DNA of 64,000 nucleotides from Armatimonadota bacterium (GTDB lineage Bacteria > Vulcanimicrobiota > JACPDS01 > JBDRKI01), in contig JBDRKI010000102.1 in NCBI GenBank assembly GCA_043814095.1, positions 1 through 64,000 of the forward strand. Reading direction: 5' to 3'. The notes beneath the pieces are model-generated. The model worked only from the letters and a program-made list of their open reading frames with translations, had not been told where the DNA came from and did not search any database. Of this stretch, positions 20,717 to 30,445 are shown one piece after another. Each line of letters starts with the position of its first letter. Positions within the stretch are counted from its first letter, which is position 1. The position numbers and the translations under genes were made by a program.

Positions 20717-22891
20717 TTATATCGGCGCTTTTGAGTCTTTTAAAATTTCGGGGAGTTTATCCGTTATTTTAAGAAAAGCATCAACAACCGCCGGGTCAAA
20801 TTTAATTCCCTTAAGCTTTTTTATTTCTTCCACTGCTTCTTCGGTATCCATGGCTTTTCTGTAAGGCCTGTCGGTAGTTATGGCGTCATAGTAATCAGCC
20901 AGTCCGATAATTTTAGCCCCAAGGGGGATTTCCGCGCCTTTTAGGCGGGCCGGGTAGCCGGATCCGTCTATGTTTTCATGATGCGCCCTTACCAGAGGAG
21001 TGACATTGTCTAAAAAATGTATTTCTTTAAGTATTTCATAACCGCGCGCGGGATGGGACCGCATTATTTCCTGCTCATCTTCCGTTAACGCGCTCTTTTT
21101 CAGGAGAATTTCGTCTCTTATGCCGATTTTGCCTATATCGTGAAGATAACCGGCTATTTCTATCTTGGAAATTTCTTCACTGGGTAAACCCATCTCGCGG
21201 GCGATATATCCCGATATTTTTGACACTCTGTCCGAATGGTACTGGGTATAGGGATCTCTCGCGTCTACCGCTTTTACCAGGGATTTAAGAGTGTCTTTGT
21301 ATGACTGCTTCAGATCCTTATAAAGATCTCCTACTTTTTGCCCCTGCTGGGCGTGTTCCACTCCTATAACAGCCAGAAGCTGAAGGGTTGAGAAAAGCGT
21401 AAGATCTACGTCTGAGCTAATAATTAATTCAGATGCTTTCTGAAACTGTGATATGGCATTATTAAAGTCGCCGCTTCTTGAACTTGCGGCGCCCAGAGCA
21501 AAATAAGCGTGAGCGCTGGAAGGGTTTAATTCCAGTATTTTTTCATAAGATTTTATTGCTTTGTCAAAATCCTGCAGTTTAAAATAAACGGCGCCTAAAT
21601 AATAGTAAGCGTACATATCTATGGGATTTATCTGTATTGTTTTTTGGAGTTCTTCTATAGCCTGAGTAAGCTTGTTTAATTTAAAATATGTCACACCGAG
21701 AAGGTTTCTGGCAAAAGCATCCTTGGGATTAATATTCAAGGTCTTTTTAAATGACTCGGCCGCTTCAGGAAGCTTATTTAAGCGCAGGTAAACCTGGCCC
21801 AGACTGTAATGCGCGTAGCCGTGAGAGGGCACAAGACTTATCACCGTTTTATATTCCTTTACGGCTTCATCTAATTTTCCGAGCTGAGTGTAAACTTCAG
21901 CCGTATAATAACGGACATCATCATCTTCAGGGTAAAGTTCAGTAACTTTCTGGAAGTATTTTAACGCAAGTTCGGCTTTACCGAGATTTTTATAAAGGAG
22001 CGCAAGGTTGAAATTCGCTTCTCTGTAATCGGGTTTTATCCGCAAAGCCAGATGGTATTCTTCAATTGCCTCATCCATTTTAAATTGTTTTTCAAATATT
22101 TTTGCCAGCTCAAAATGAGGTTCGGCAAAATCGGGATCCGTATCGGCAGATTTTTTAATGAAAGAAACAGCGTCATTAAAGTTATTCTGCATTGAATAAA
22201 TAAGCCCCAGGTAGTAATTGGCAAGTATGTGATTAGGTTTGGTTCTTAATATGTGTTCAAGGTTCTTTAAGCTTTCGGCTATTTTTCCTTCTTTATAAAG
22301 GGACGCGCATAATGCGGAGATGACGGGGATGCTGTTCGGTTTTTGTTTTAACTCTTCTTTGAAGTGATCTGAAGCCTGCTTTTTGTCGCCGAGCAATGAG
22401 TAAATAAAGCCCAGGTAATAATTTGCCATTTCAAAATTAGGTGATTTCGCGATAAGCTCCCGGAAAGCGTCTTGGGCTTTCTTGTAATCTTTTAAGAAAA
22501 TAAAAGCCTTGCCCGCGTTGGAACACGTAAAGGGGTGAGTATTCTGGGTATTAAGGTATTTTTCCCATAAATCTATGCATTTTTTTATAATATCCTGTTT
22601 ATTATAATAATTAATCTTATCTATCCGCAAATTACCGTCAGAATCTATGATTTTTTCCCATGAAGATATAGCTTCGCTGAAACGCCCTTTCAGAGTGTAA
22701 ATAAGGCCCAGATTAAACAGAGCTTGATGCAAAAATATGTTGTATTGCAAGGCTTTTTCGTATTCGGTAAGAGCGTCATCTATATCGCCGTTTTCATCTA
22801 AAAGCAGGGCCAGTTCATAGTAAGCTTGCGCGCTATCCGGATTTTGTTCTGATTTTTGTCTTGCTTTTTTTATGAGTATGTCATTTTTCAT
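20717..22891 (-). CDS. TPR-repeat protein with a C-terminal HD-GYP phosphodiesterase
   Basis: About 500 aa of TPRs, then RDPYTQYHS, LHDIGK, HHENIDGSGYP, ADYYDA, RPYR. Confidence 0.92.
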   Translation of the reverse strand: MKNDILIKKARQKSEQNPDSAQAYYELALLLDENGDIDDALTEYEKALQYNIFLHQALFNLGLIYTLKGRFSEAISSWEKIIDSDGNLRIDKINYYNKQDIIKKCIDLWEKYLNTQNTHPFTCSNAGKAFIFLKDYKKAQDAFRELIAKSPNFEMANYYLGFIYSLLGDKKQASDHFKEELKQKPNSIPVISALCASLYKEGKIAESLKNLEHILRTKPNHILANYYLGLIYSMQNNFNDAVSFIKKSADTDPDFAEPHFELAKIFEKQFKMDEAIEEYHLALRIKPDYREANFNLALLYKNLGKAELALKYFQKVTELYPEDDDVRYYTAEVYTQLGKLDEAVKEYKTVISLVPSHGYAHYSLGQVYLRLNKLPEAAESFKKTLNINPKDAFARNLLGVTYFKLNKLTQAIEELQKTIQINPIDMYAYYYLGAVYFKLQDFDKAIKSYEKILELNPSSAHAYFALGAASSRSGDFNNAISQFQKASELIISSDVDLTLFSTLQLLAVIGVEHAQQGQKVGDLYKDLKQSYKDTLKSLVKAVDARDPYTQYHSDRVSKISGYIAREMGLPSEEISKIEIAGYLHDIGKIGIRDEILLKKSALTEDEQEIMRSHPARGYEILKEIHFLDNVTPLVRAHHENIDGSGYPARLKGAEIPLGAKIIGLADYYDAITTDRPYRKAMDTEEAVEEIKKLKGIKFDPAVVDAFLKITDKLPEILKDSKAPI

Positions 22892-22903
22892 AACCCGATT
22901 AAC

Positions 22904-22994
22904 TTTCTATAATCGGGAGAGAATTCCTTTATGCTTAAAATATTTTATGATATTTTTCAATATTTAGAAGGATTTTACATGTACTTAATAGAAA
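22904..22994. promoter_or_regulatory. Divergent sigma-H-like promoters
   Basis: - strand AGGAATT-N11-ATAGAAA (22928-22904); + strand AGGATTT-N12-ATAGAAA (22969-22994). Confidence 0.6.
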
Positions 22995-23054
22995 AAAAGC
23001 TTAACTTTAATATTTAACAAGATAATATATATTTGCAGGAGGTTCGCAGTAAAT

Positions 23055-23777
23055 ATGCCAGCTCAAGAATTAGTAAAATTTAAAGGCACAAGACACGGCT
23101 TATTAATAAGCTTTAACGAAGATGAAAATCTTTCCAGAATTCTGGAAGAATTCAAGGATAAAATAAATGATAACGGATCTTTTTTCAGAAACGCTCCCAT
23201 CAGCCTTGATCTGGGCTGGAGGGAAGTGAATAATGATGATTTTACATCCCTTTATGATTTTTTAAACAACAACGAACTTAAACTTACGGGAATTATAAGT
23301 TCTTCAGCGTATACCAGAGGAATTGCCGAGTCTTACGGCATAAAAGTTATAATAGGCCGGCTCGGGCTGGCCCAGCATGAGGGAAGGATCAAAAAACAAA
23401 AAGAAAAACAGAAGAGTTCATTAGAAGAAAAAGTTAATGACAAGGAAAAATCTATATTAATTAAGAAGACATTAAGGTCAGGTCAGAAAATAAAATATCA
23501 GGGCAATGTCGTGATTGTCGGAGACGTAAACCCCGGAGCCGAGGTTGAAGCAGGCGGGGATATTGTTGTGTGGGGAAGCGTAAGGGGTATTGTACATGCC
23601 GGCGCCTACGGACAAAGAGATGATTCCTGTGTAATCGCGATGAATATTATTCCCGCGCAGATGAGAATAGGGGACGGTTTTGCGTTGATAAGATATGAGA
23701 AGAAACTGGATGATAAATCGTTAAAGGTAGCCAGGCTTAAAGGACCTGAAATACTGGTAAGCAATTATAATAAATAG
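23055..23777 (+). CDS. minC: Septum site-determining protein MinC
   Basis: TLRSGQ...GDVNPGAEVEAGGDIVVWG...HAG. Confidence 0.95.
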   Translation: MPAQELVKFKGTRHGLLISFNEDENLSRILEEFKDKINDNGSFFRNAPISLDLGWREVNNDDFTSLYDFLNNNELKLTGIISSSAYTRGIAESYGIKVIIGRLGLAQHEGRIKKQKEKQKSSLEEKVNDKEKSILIKKTLRSGQKIKYQGNVVIVGDVNPGAEVEAGGDIVVWGSVRGIVHAGAYGQRDDSCVIAMNIIPAQMRIGDGFALIRYEKKLDDKSLKVARLKGPEILVSNYNK

Positions 23778-23789
23778 ACGGGGGAAAAT

Positions 23790-24614
23790 ATGGGAAAAGT
23801 AATAGTAATAACTTCTGGAAAAGGCGGTGTCGGCAAGACGACTGCTACCGCGAATATAGGCAGCGGCCTGGCCAAGCAGGGAAAAAGAGTGGTTATGATT
23901 GATGCCGACATAGGTCTTAGGAATCTTGATCTTGTTATGGGCCTGGAAAACAGAATAGTATTCAATCTGGTTGATGTTGTTGAAGGCAAATGCCGTTCGT
24001 ATAAACAAGCTATTATTAAAGATAAAAGATTCGATAATCTGTTCTTAATGCCGTCAGCCCAGTCCAGAGAGAAAGACGCCGTATCTCCGGAACAGATGAA
24101 AAGCTTATGCGATGAATTAAAACAAGAATTTGATTTTATACTGCTTGATTGTCCCGCAGGCATAGAACAGGGATTTAGAAACGCGGTTGCTGGCGCCGAT
24201 GAAGCGGTTATTGTCACAAATCCGGAGGTTTCATCCATAAGGGACGCCGACAGGATAATAGGGCTTCTGGAAGCGGATGAACTTTCCAGAAATATGCACA
24301 TAATCATTAACAGGATTAAGAGCGATAAAATAAAGCGAGGGGACATGCTCAGCATTAATGATGTTAAAGATATTCTTAATATCGGAATACTGGGTGTTGT
24401 TCCCGAGGACGAGAAGATACTTACGGCTTCAAATAAGGGTGAACCCGTTGTTTTAGATCTTAACTCTAAGGCAGGGGAGGCCTACAGGCATATCGTACAG
24501 AGAATTCTTGATCCGGAAGTAACTCTTTATGTGCCGGGACAGAACGGCGGATGGTTTAATAAATTAAAGAATATTTTCATGGGGAAGAAAGCCGAAGAGA
24601 CCGTAACAAATTAA
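23790..24614 (+). CDS. minD: Septum site-determining ATPase MinD
   Basis: TSGKGGVGKTT, DIGLRNLD, C-terminal amphipathic helix WFNKLKNIF. Confidence 0.97.
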   Translation: MGKVIVITSGKGGVGKTTATANIGSGLAKQGKRVVMIDADIGLRNLDLVMGLENRIVFNLVDVVEGKCRSYKQAIIKDKRFDNLFLMPSAQSREKDAVSPEQMKSLCDELKQEFDFILLDCPAGIEQGFRNAVAGADEAVIVTNPEVSSIRDADRIIGLLEADELSRNMHIIINRIKSDKIKRGDMLSINDVKDILNIGILGVVPEDEKILTASNKGEPVVLDLNSKAGEAYRHIVQRILDPEVTLYVPGQNGGWFNKLKNIFMGKKAEETVTN

Positions 24615-24639
24615 TACAGCAAGTGATAAGGGGGAGTAA

Positions 24640-25131
24640 GTGATAGGATTTTTAAGAAAGTTTACTTTCATACAGAAAATACTGGGTATTGACGGGGAAA
24701 GCGGCAAAGTGGCGAAAGACAGGCTGAAGCTTGTCTTAATACATGACAGATCATCCATCTCTCCGCAGCTTATGGAAAATTTAAAGTATGATCTTATAGG
24801 CATCATATCCAAATATATGGTTATAGATGAAGAATCCATAGAGATGGGCCTGGATAATAAAAACGGCACCGTCGCTCTGGCGGCAAATATCCCAATTTTG
24901 AAAATAAAATCTTTAGACGGTGATTCCGAACAGCTGGAGCTGATTAAAGAGGAACAGAAAGAAGTTAAAAAAGAAGAAAAGCTTGTTAAAGAAGAGGAAA
25001 AGCCTAAAACAACCCCTAAAAGATCGCCTAAAAGGCAGCAGAGTTATTCTTCCATGGTGAAAACCAGAAGAAGATCCTATAAAAATTACAGATCAAAGAA
25101 AAAGGTAAGAAAAGCTTCAATATCAACATAA
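24640..25131 (+). CDS. minE: Cell division topological specificity factor MinE with a long charged C-terminal tail
   Basis: AKDRLKLVLIHDR...ISKY...ALAANIP, followed by ~70 extra residues. Confidence 0.9.
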   Translation: MIGFLRKFTFIQKILGIDGESGKVAKDRLKLVLIHDRSSISPQLMENLKYDLIGIISKYMVIDEESIEMGLDNKNGTVALAANIPILKIKSLDGDSEQLELIKEEQKEVKKEEKLVKEEEKPKTTPKRSPKRQQSYSSMVKTRRRSYKNYRSKKKVRKASIST

Positions 25132-25153
25132 CCGAAAAACATATTAAGGTATT

Positions 25154-25189
25154 AAAGGGTCGAGGTGTCATTTGATACCTTGACCCTTT
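25154..25189. terminator. Stem-loop between minE and rodA
   Basis: aaagggtcgaggtgtca-tt-tgataccttgacccttt; weak U-tract. Confidence 0.5.
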
Positions 25190-25213
25190 GACTATAAGAA
25201 ACGGATAAAACAG

Positions 25214-26296
25214 ATGTATTTCTGGCTTTGGAAAAAATTAGATTATAAACTTCTGGCGGTTACATTATTAATTGTAGCTTACGGTTTTTTAATTTTATAC
25301 AGTGCTTCCGCCTTCAGCCAGGAAGATTCATCCGCCTGGATAAGGCAGCTTATTTACCTGCCGGTTGCCCTTATTTTTCTGGTAATATTTTCTTTGATTG
25401 ATTATGAGTTCTGGGGCAAAAAAATCAATCTCCTTTACGGTTTTAACCTGATACTTCTTATCCTTGTTCTTGTTGCGGGGCATCACGCGATGGGAGCTCA
25501 AAGATGGCTGGGCTTCGGAAATTTTGTTTTTCAACCCTCGGAGCTTGCAAAATTAATTATGATTATTGTTGTTGCGAAATTACTTTCAGATATGCCTGAA
25601 GAGGTAAACTTAAGAACTGTTATAAAGCCGGCTGTCCTTACTTTTATTCCCTTGATTTTGATACTGGTACAACCTGATCTTGGCACCGCGCTGGTTATAG
25701 CATTTATTTTTATGCTTATGCTTTATATGAAAGGCTTCAATGTTTTTTACATACTTGCCGTTAGCATAGCCGGTATAGCGGCTTCCCCGTTTGTTTTAAA
25801 AGATTATCAGAAGGCAAGATTGTTTGTTTTTCTTAATCCGGATAAAGACCCCATGGGCGCAGGGTGGAATCTTATCCAGTCTAAGATAGCCATAGGTTCG
25901 GGGATGCTCTTCGGCAAAGGCCTGTTCGCGAGCACCCAGGGGCACTTAAATTTTGTGCCTGAACACTGCACGGATTTTATCTTTACTGTTTTAGCGGAGG
26001 AGTTTGGTCTCGCGGGCAGTCTTGTTCTTTTAATCCTTTTTGCCTTATTTTTATACAGGTGTATTAAAACAGCGGTAACCGCCAAAGATTCATTCGGCAG
26101 CCTTCTCGCGGTCGGAATAACGGGCATGTTTTTTTTCCATATAATTGTTAATATAGGCATGACCTTGGGAATTATGCCTATTACAGGGATCCCTTTAATA
26201 TTCATGAGTTACGGCGGGAGCTCTTTGCTGACAAATATGATGGCTGTAGGGATACTGTTAAGCATAAGCATGAGAAGGGAAAAATTATTTATTTAA
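25214..26296 (+). CDS. rodA: Rod shape-determining protein RodA (SEDS)
   Basis: GAQRW, FQPSELAK, QPDLGT, QSKIAIGSG, PEHCTDFIF, SYGGSS. Confidence 0.95.
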   Translation: MYFWLWKKLDYKLLAVTLLIVAYGFLILYSASAFSQEDSSAWIRQLIYLPVALIFLVIFSLIDYEFWGKKINLLYGFNLILLILVLVAGHHAMGAQRWLGFGNFVFQPSELAKLIMIIVVAKLLSDMPEEVNLRTVIKPAVLTFIPLILILVQPDLGTALVIAFIFMLMLYMKGFNVFYILAVSIAGIAASPFVLKDYQKARLFVFLNPDKDPMGAGWNLIQSKIAIGSGMLFGKGLFASTQGHLNFVPEHCTDFIFTVLAEEFGLAGSLVLLILFALFLYRCIKTAVTAKDSFGSLLAVGITGMFFFHIIVNIGMTLGIMPITGIPLIFMSYGGSSLLTNMMAVGILLSISMRREKLFI

Positions 26297-26326
26297 AGTA
26301 TAAATAAGAAAACAGGAGGAGGATTT

Positions 26327-26620
26327 ATGGACAATCAGACGCCGGAGTTTAACAAAGAAAGAGAAAAAATAGAAAAGATGGTAAATCTGTATTCAGAAAA
26401 AGCCGGATACAGGCTTAATGATAATCCTGAAATGCTTAATATGGTTATAGACGGATTAACTAATAATAAGATTAAATACGGATTTGCTTACTGCCCATGC
26501 AGGGTGGTTACGGAAGATAAAAAAGAAGACGCCAAAATTATATGTCCGTGTATTTACCATAAAGATGAGATTAAAAACGACGGCCACTGCCACTGCCACC
26601 TGTATTTTAAAAGGAGTTAA
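26327..26620 (+). CDS. Ferredoxin-thioredoxin reductase catalytic subunit
   Basis: YCPCR, ICPC and CHCHLY motifs. Confidence 0.9.
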   Translation: MDNQTPEFNKEREKIEKMVNLYSEKAGYRLNDNPEMLNMVIDGLTNNKIKYGFAYCPCRVVTEDKKEDAKIICPCIYHKDEIKNDGHCHCHLYFKRS

Positions 26621-26623
26621 GAA

Positions 26624-27382
26624 GTGTCTAAATTAACTAAAGTTCAGATGGAAAGATATTCAAGACAGTTAATGATATCAGACATAGGCATTAAAGGCCA
26701 GGCGAAGCTTTTAAACGCGAAGGTGCTGGTTATAGGGGCAGGGGGACTCGGTTCGGTAAATCTTCTGTATTTAACGGCAGCCGGAGTAGGTAATATAGCT
26801 ATAACAGATGATGATAAAGTCCAGCTTAGTAATTTGCAGAGGCAGATATTGTATTCCCGGGATGATATAGGTAAGTATAAAGTTGATGTAGCCCGCAAAA
26901 AACTTGAAAAATTGAATGAAGACGTAAAAATAAAAACTTTTAGAGTAAGGCTGGATGAAACTAACGCCCGGGATATTTTTAAAGATTATGATATTATTGT
27001 AGATTGCACGGATAATATGCCGGCAAGACTGGTAATAAATAAATTTGCATGCAAAATGCGGAAAAAATGGTCTTACGGCGCGATATTTTCTATGGAGGGT
27101 CAGGCTTCAACTATAATACCGGGAAAAACAGTATGCTACAGATGCTTATTTGAAGATACTCCGGATAATGAAAGCATAGTAAATAAAACGGGTCCCGGTG
27201 TTATAGGTGTTATACCGGCGGTTATAGGATCTATACAGGCTACGGAGGTGATCAAGCTGATTATAGGGAAAGGGAAGTTGTTAACCGGCAAACTACTTGT
27301 TTACCAGGCACTGGATATGAGCTTTGATACAATAAATGTAAAGAAACGGAAAAATTGCCCTGTATGCGGGAAGGGGTGCTGA
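26624..27382 (+). CDS. ThiF/MoeB E1-like adenylyltransferase
   Basis: RYSRQ, GAGGLG, SNLQRQ, DCTDN, CYRC and CPVC zinc sites. Confidence 0.92.
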   Translation: MSKLTKVQMERYSRQLMISDIGIKGQAKLLNAKVLVIGAGGLGSVNLLYLTAAGVGNIAITDDDKVQLSNLQRQILYSRDDIGKYKVDVARKKLEKLNEDVKIKTFRVRLDETNARDIFKDYDIIVDCTDNMPARLVINKFACKMRKKWSYGAIFSMEGQASTIIPGKTVCYRCLFEDTPDNESIVNKTGPGVIGVIPAVIGSIQATEVIKLIIGKGKLLTGKLLVYQALDMSFDTINVKKRKNCPVCGKGC

Positions 27383-27383
27383 C

Positions 27384-27938
27384 ATGATAAAATCTGATAA
27401 CTGGATAAAGGAGATGTCTCTTGAACATGGGATGATAAAACCTTTTGCTCCCGAACAGATAAGGGACGGCAATATTTCATACGGGCTCTCTTCTTACGGT
27501 TATGATATAAGGATATCGGATGAATTTGAGATTTTAGATATTTCTAATAAGATAGAATATTTAGACCCGAAAAATACCGACAAACCGTTATTTAAAAAGA
27601 TAAAAACAAAGGAATTCATTATTCCCGCGAATTCTTTTGTTCTGGCCAGATCCCTGGAATATTTTAAAATTCCGAGAAATGTCATAACGGCTTGTTTCGG
27701 AAAGTCAACTTACGCGAGATCAGGCATCATAGTTAACGTAACTCCTTTTGAACCTCACTGGGAAGGTTTTGCAACCATGTGCATAGCCAACACTGCCCCT
27801 GTGCCCGTAAAAATTTACGCGGGAGAAGGCATCGCTCAGCTCCTCTTTTTTGAAAGCGATGAAAGCTGTATAACCTCATATGCCGATAAAAAGGGTAAAT
27901 ACCAGGCTCAAAAAAACATAACCCATTCTAAAGTATAG
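27384..27938 (+). CDS. dcd: dCTP deaminase
   Basis: [32 protein letters not shown]. Confidence 0.95.
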   Translation: MIKSDNWIKEMSLEHGMIKPFAPEQIRDGNISYGLSSYGYDIRISDEFEILDISNKIEYLDPKNTDKPLFKKIKTKEFIIPANSFVLARSLEYFKIPRNVITACFGKSTYARSGIIVNVTPFEPHWEGFATMCIANTAPVPVKIYAGEGIAQLLFFESDESCITSYADKKGKYQAQKNITHSKV

Positions 27939-28000
27939 TCAGAATAGGTTATGTTTTTTACTATTTTTCTTTTCTTGTTTTCAGTAGCTTCTTTTATGAA

Positions 28001-28168
28001 TTATTTTGATATAGCGCCGACAGGGCATACATCTACACATGCGCCGCAGTCTGTGCATTTTTCGGCGTCTATATTATATTTGTCTCCTGCTTCGGAGATT
28101 GCGCCTACTTCACACTGTGGTTCACAGGCACCGCACGCGATACACTCGTCATTGATTTTGTGTGCCAT
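28001..28168 (-). CDS. fdx: 2x[4Fe-4S] ferredoxin (55 aa)
   Basis: Not in the ORF track: MAHKINDECIACGACEPQCEVGAI...KCTDCGACVDVCPVGAISK; AAGGAGGA RBS; promoter AGGATAT-N11-ATAGAAT at 28238-28214. Confidence 0.95.
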   Translation of the reverse strand: MAHKINDECIACGACEPQCEVGAISEAGDKYNIDAEKCTDCGACVDVCPVGAISK

Positions 28169-28239
28169 AATATCCTCCTTTATTAAATTTGTTTTTTAAG
28201 TTTCTGCCCAGATATTCTATACCGTGAATAAATATCCTT

Positions 28240-29532
28240 CTAGGTTCTCTTGCTTTCCTGATTTGCCGCAATAGCTTTTATTATGCTTCCCGCCAGCGCC
28301 GTAGGGTTATGACGCAGATAAGTATCTTCTAAAAGTATATTGTCTTCAACTGTCTGTATGTTCATTTTAGCAAGCTGATCATAGTCATTCTGGACGACTT
28401 GTGCTCCCTCTTCTTTATATCTTTCAAGATATTTGCTGGGATGTTTGCTGTTTAAGATTACATAATCAAAGAAATTTTCCCCCGTATATTTATATATGGC
28501 TTTTAAATGGTCGGAAGCCTTAAATCCCGTAGTTTCGCCCTGCTGGGTCATTATGTTGCAGACATATATTTTTACGGCTTTTGAGTTTTTTATCCCTTCA
28601 ATCATGCCGGGTATAAGAAGGTTGCATATGACGCTTGTATAGAGACTCCCCGGTCCCAGTATTATAGCGTCAGCTTCGGTTATGGCACTTAAAACTTCAG
28701 GCAGAGGGGTGCAGGAAGACGGTTTTAAAAAAAGCCGTTTTATGGGGGATGTGCTTTTGGATATATTGGATTCTCCTTCTACTATTTTTCCGTCTTCAAG
28801 TTCCGCACAGAGAACCCCTATATCAAGCGTTGCGGGCAGGACCTTTCCGCATATGGATAAAATTTTACTTGAAAGTTTTATTGCTTCATAGAAATTACCG
28901 GTTATATTGGTCATCGCGGCGAGCAGTATATTGCCGAAATTATGGCCTTTCAGATCGCGCCCGCTGCTGAAACGGTACTGGAATAGTTCGCTCATAAGTG
29001 ATTCTTCGTTTGCAAGCCCTACCAGGCAGTTTCTTATATCTCCCGGAGGCAGAATATTTAATTCCTCTCTTATCCTGCCCGAGGAACCACCGTCATCAGT
29101 TACGGCTACCACGGCTGTGATATTGCTTGTGAAGATTTTAAGGCCCCTTAAAAGGGAAGAGAGCCCCGTTCCTCCGCCCATGGTTATTATTTTATAGCCC
29201 TGCTTAAGATGCCCGCGCTCAAGCAGTACTTCCAGTACTTTCTTGTTTTCATAAGGCACAATCGCGGTATATATGGATTTAAACCACAGCCTTATACCCA
29301 GAACCATAAGGATTAATCCGAGCAAAACAAAAAACATGTCTACCCAGAATGCCGAAATATTCTTATGGAATACGGTTTTAATCCAGGAAAGTATCGTAAG
29401 TTCTATGCTGATGGGTATTTTTATGTTTATCATTAAAATGATGCCTATGCTGAATATTATGAGCCCCGCCCAGAAAACAAACAGCCATCTTTTAACACGC
29501 AGGCCAGGATAAAGCCATTTTATGATATTCAT
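28240..29532 (-). CDS. yvcK: YvcK/GlmR (CofD-like) gluconeogenesis factor with N-terminal TM helices
   Basis: GGGTGLS, DDGGSSG, PPGDIRNCL, GPGSLYTS, QGET, RHNP. Confidence 0.93.
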   Translation of the reverse strand: MNIIKWLYPGLRVKRWLFVFWAGLIIFSIGIILMINIKIPISIELTILSWIKTVFHKNISAFWVDMFFVLLGLILMVLGIRLWFKSIYTAIVPYENKKVLEVLLERGHLKQGYKIITMGGGTGLSSLLRGLKIFTSNITAVVAVTDDGGSSGRIREELNILPPGDIRNCLVGLANEESLMSELFQYRFSSGRDLKGHNFGNILLAAMTNITGNFYEAIKLSSKILSICGKVLPATLDIGVLCAELEDGKIVEGESNISKSTSPIKRLFLKPSSCTPLPEVLSAITEADAIILGPGSLYTSVICNLLIPGMIEGIKNSKAVKIYVCNIMTQQGETTGFKASDHLKAIYKYTGENFFDYVILNSKHPSKYLERYKEEGAQVVQNDYDQLAKMNIQTVEDNILLEDTYLRHNPTALAGSIIKAIAANQESKRT

Positions 29533-29544
29533 ATGTTCCTCTTG

Positions 29545-30402
29545 TTATTTATCTATATCCCTGTGTTCAATAATAATATTATAGCCCTGTTTTTTTAAAT
29601 ACTTACCCAGTTTCTGGGTTATTACCACGGATCTGTGTCTGCCCCCGGTGCATCCTATGGATATTGTAAGGTGGGATTTTCCTTCTTTGATGTAATTCGG
29701 TATAAGGAAATCCCCGATATCATATATTTTTCTTAAGAATTTCTTTACGATGGTTGAACGCAAAACATAATCTTCAACTTTTTTATCTAGCCCCGTTAAT
29801 TTTTGCAGTTTGCCGTCATAAAAAGGATTGGGCATAAATCTTACGTCCAGTACTATGTCCGAATCGATAGGCAGCCCGTATTTAAAACCGAAGCTTACAA
29901 CAGTTATGTTCAGGGTCTTTTTTGTTTCATCCCGGAAATAACTTGCCAGGACTTCCTCTTTTAAAAGATTGGAAGACTTTTTTGAAGTATTTATTATTTT
30001 AGTTGAAATTTTTCTCAGGACTTCAAGTTCTTTGCGCTCTTTTTTTATGCTGTTTAAAACTCTGCCGCCTTTGGCGAGAGGGTGCTTTCTCCTTGTCTCG
30101 CTGAACCTGCTTATTAGAGTAGAATCATCGGCTTCAAGGAAGAGGATCTCGTATTTTATATTAAGCTTTTTCAGTTCCTTAAGATTATCAAACAGTTCTT
30201 TGAAAAATTTCCTTCCCCTTATGTCTATGACTATAGCGGCTTTTTTGACGTTTGACTTTAAGAATATCTGGCCGAAATTATTTATAAGGGCCGGATGGAG
30301 ATTATCTATGCAGAAATAACCCATATCTTCAAAAATATGAAGCGCCAGGCTTTTTCCGGCGCCGGAAAGCCCTGTTATAATAATAAAATTCTTTTTTGAC
30401 AT
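29545..30402 (-). CDS. rapZ: RNase adapter RapZ/YvcJ
   Basis: GLSGAGKS, ETRRKHPL, SFGFKYG, GCTGGRHRSV. Confidence 0.95.
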   Translation of the reverse strand: MSKKNFIIITGLSGAGKSLALHIFEDMGYFCIDNLHPALINNFGQIFLKSNVKKAAIVIDIRGRKFFKELFDNLKELKKLNIKYEILFLEADDSTLISRFSETRRKHPLAKGGRVLNSIKKERKELEVLRKISTKIINTSKKSSNLLKEEVLASYFRDETKKTLNITVVSFGFKYGLPIDSDIVLDVRFMPNPFYDGKLQKLTGLDKKVEDYVLRSTIVKKFLRKIYDIGDFLIPNYIKEGKSHLTISIGCTGGRHRSVVITQKLGKYLKKQGYNIIIEHRDIDK

Positions 30403-30445
30403 TTAAACCTCGCTTATCGGTGTATATAGCTTCTATAACGGAGTT

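Noticed and set aside
23765-24355. 196-aa - strand ORF and the many similar ORFs nested in clpB, por, clp, fabF and gdhA
   Set aside because: Antisense or alternate-frame shadows of conserved genes, with no motifs of their own.
27951-28199. 82-aa + strand ORF
   Set aside because: Antisense shadow of the ferredoxin gene at 28001-28168.
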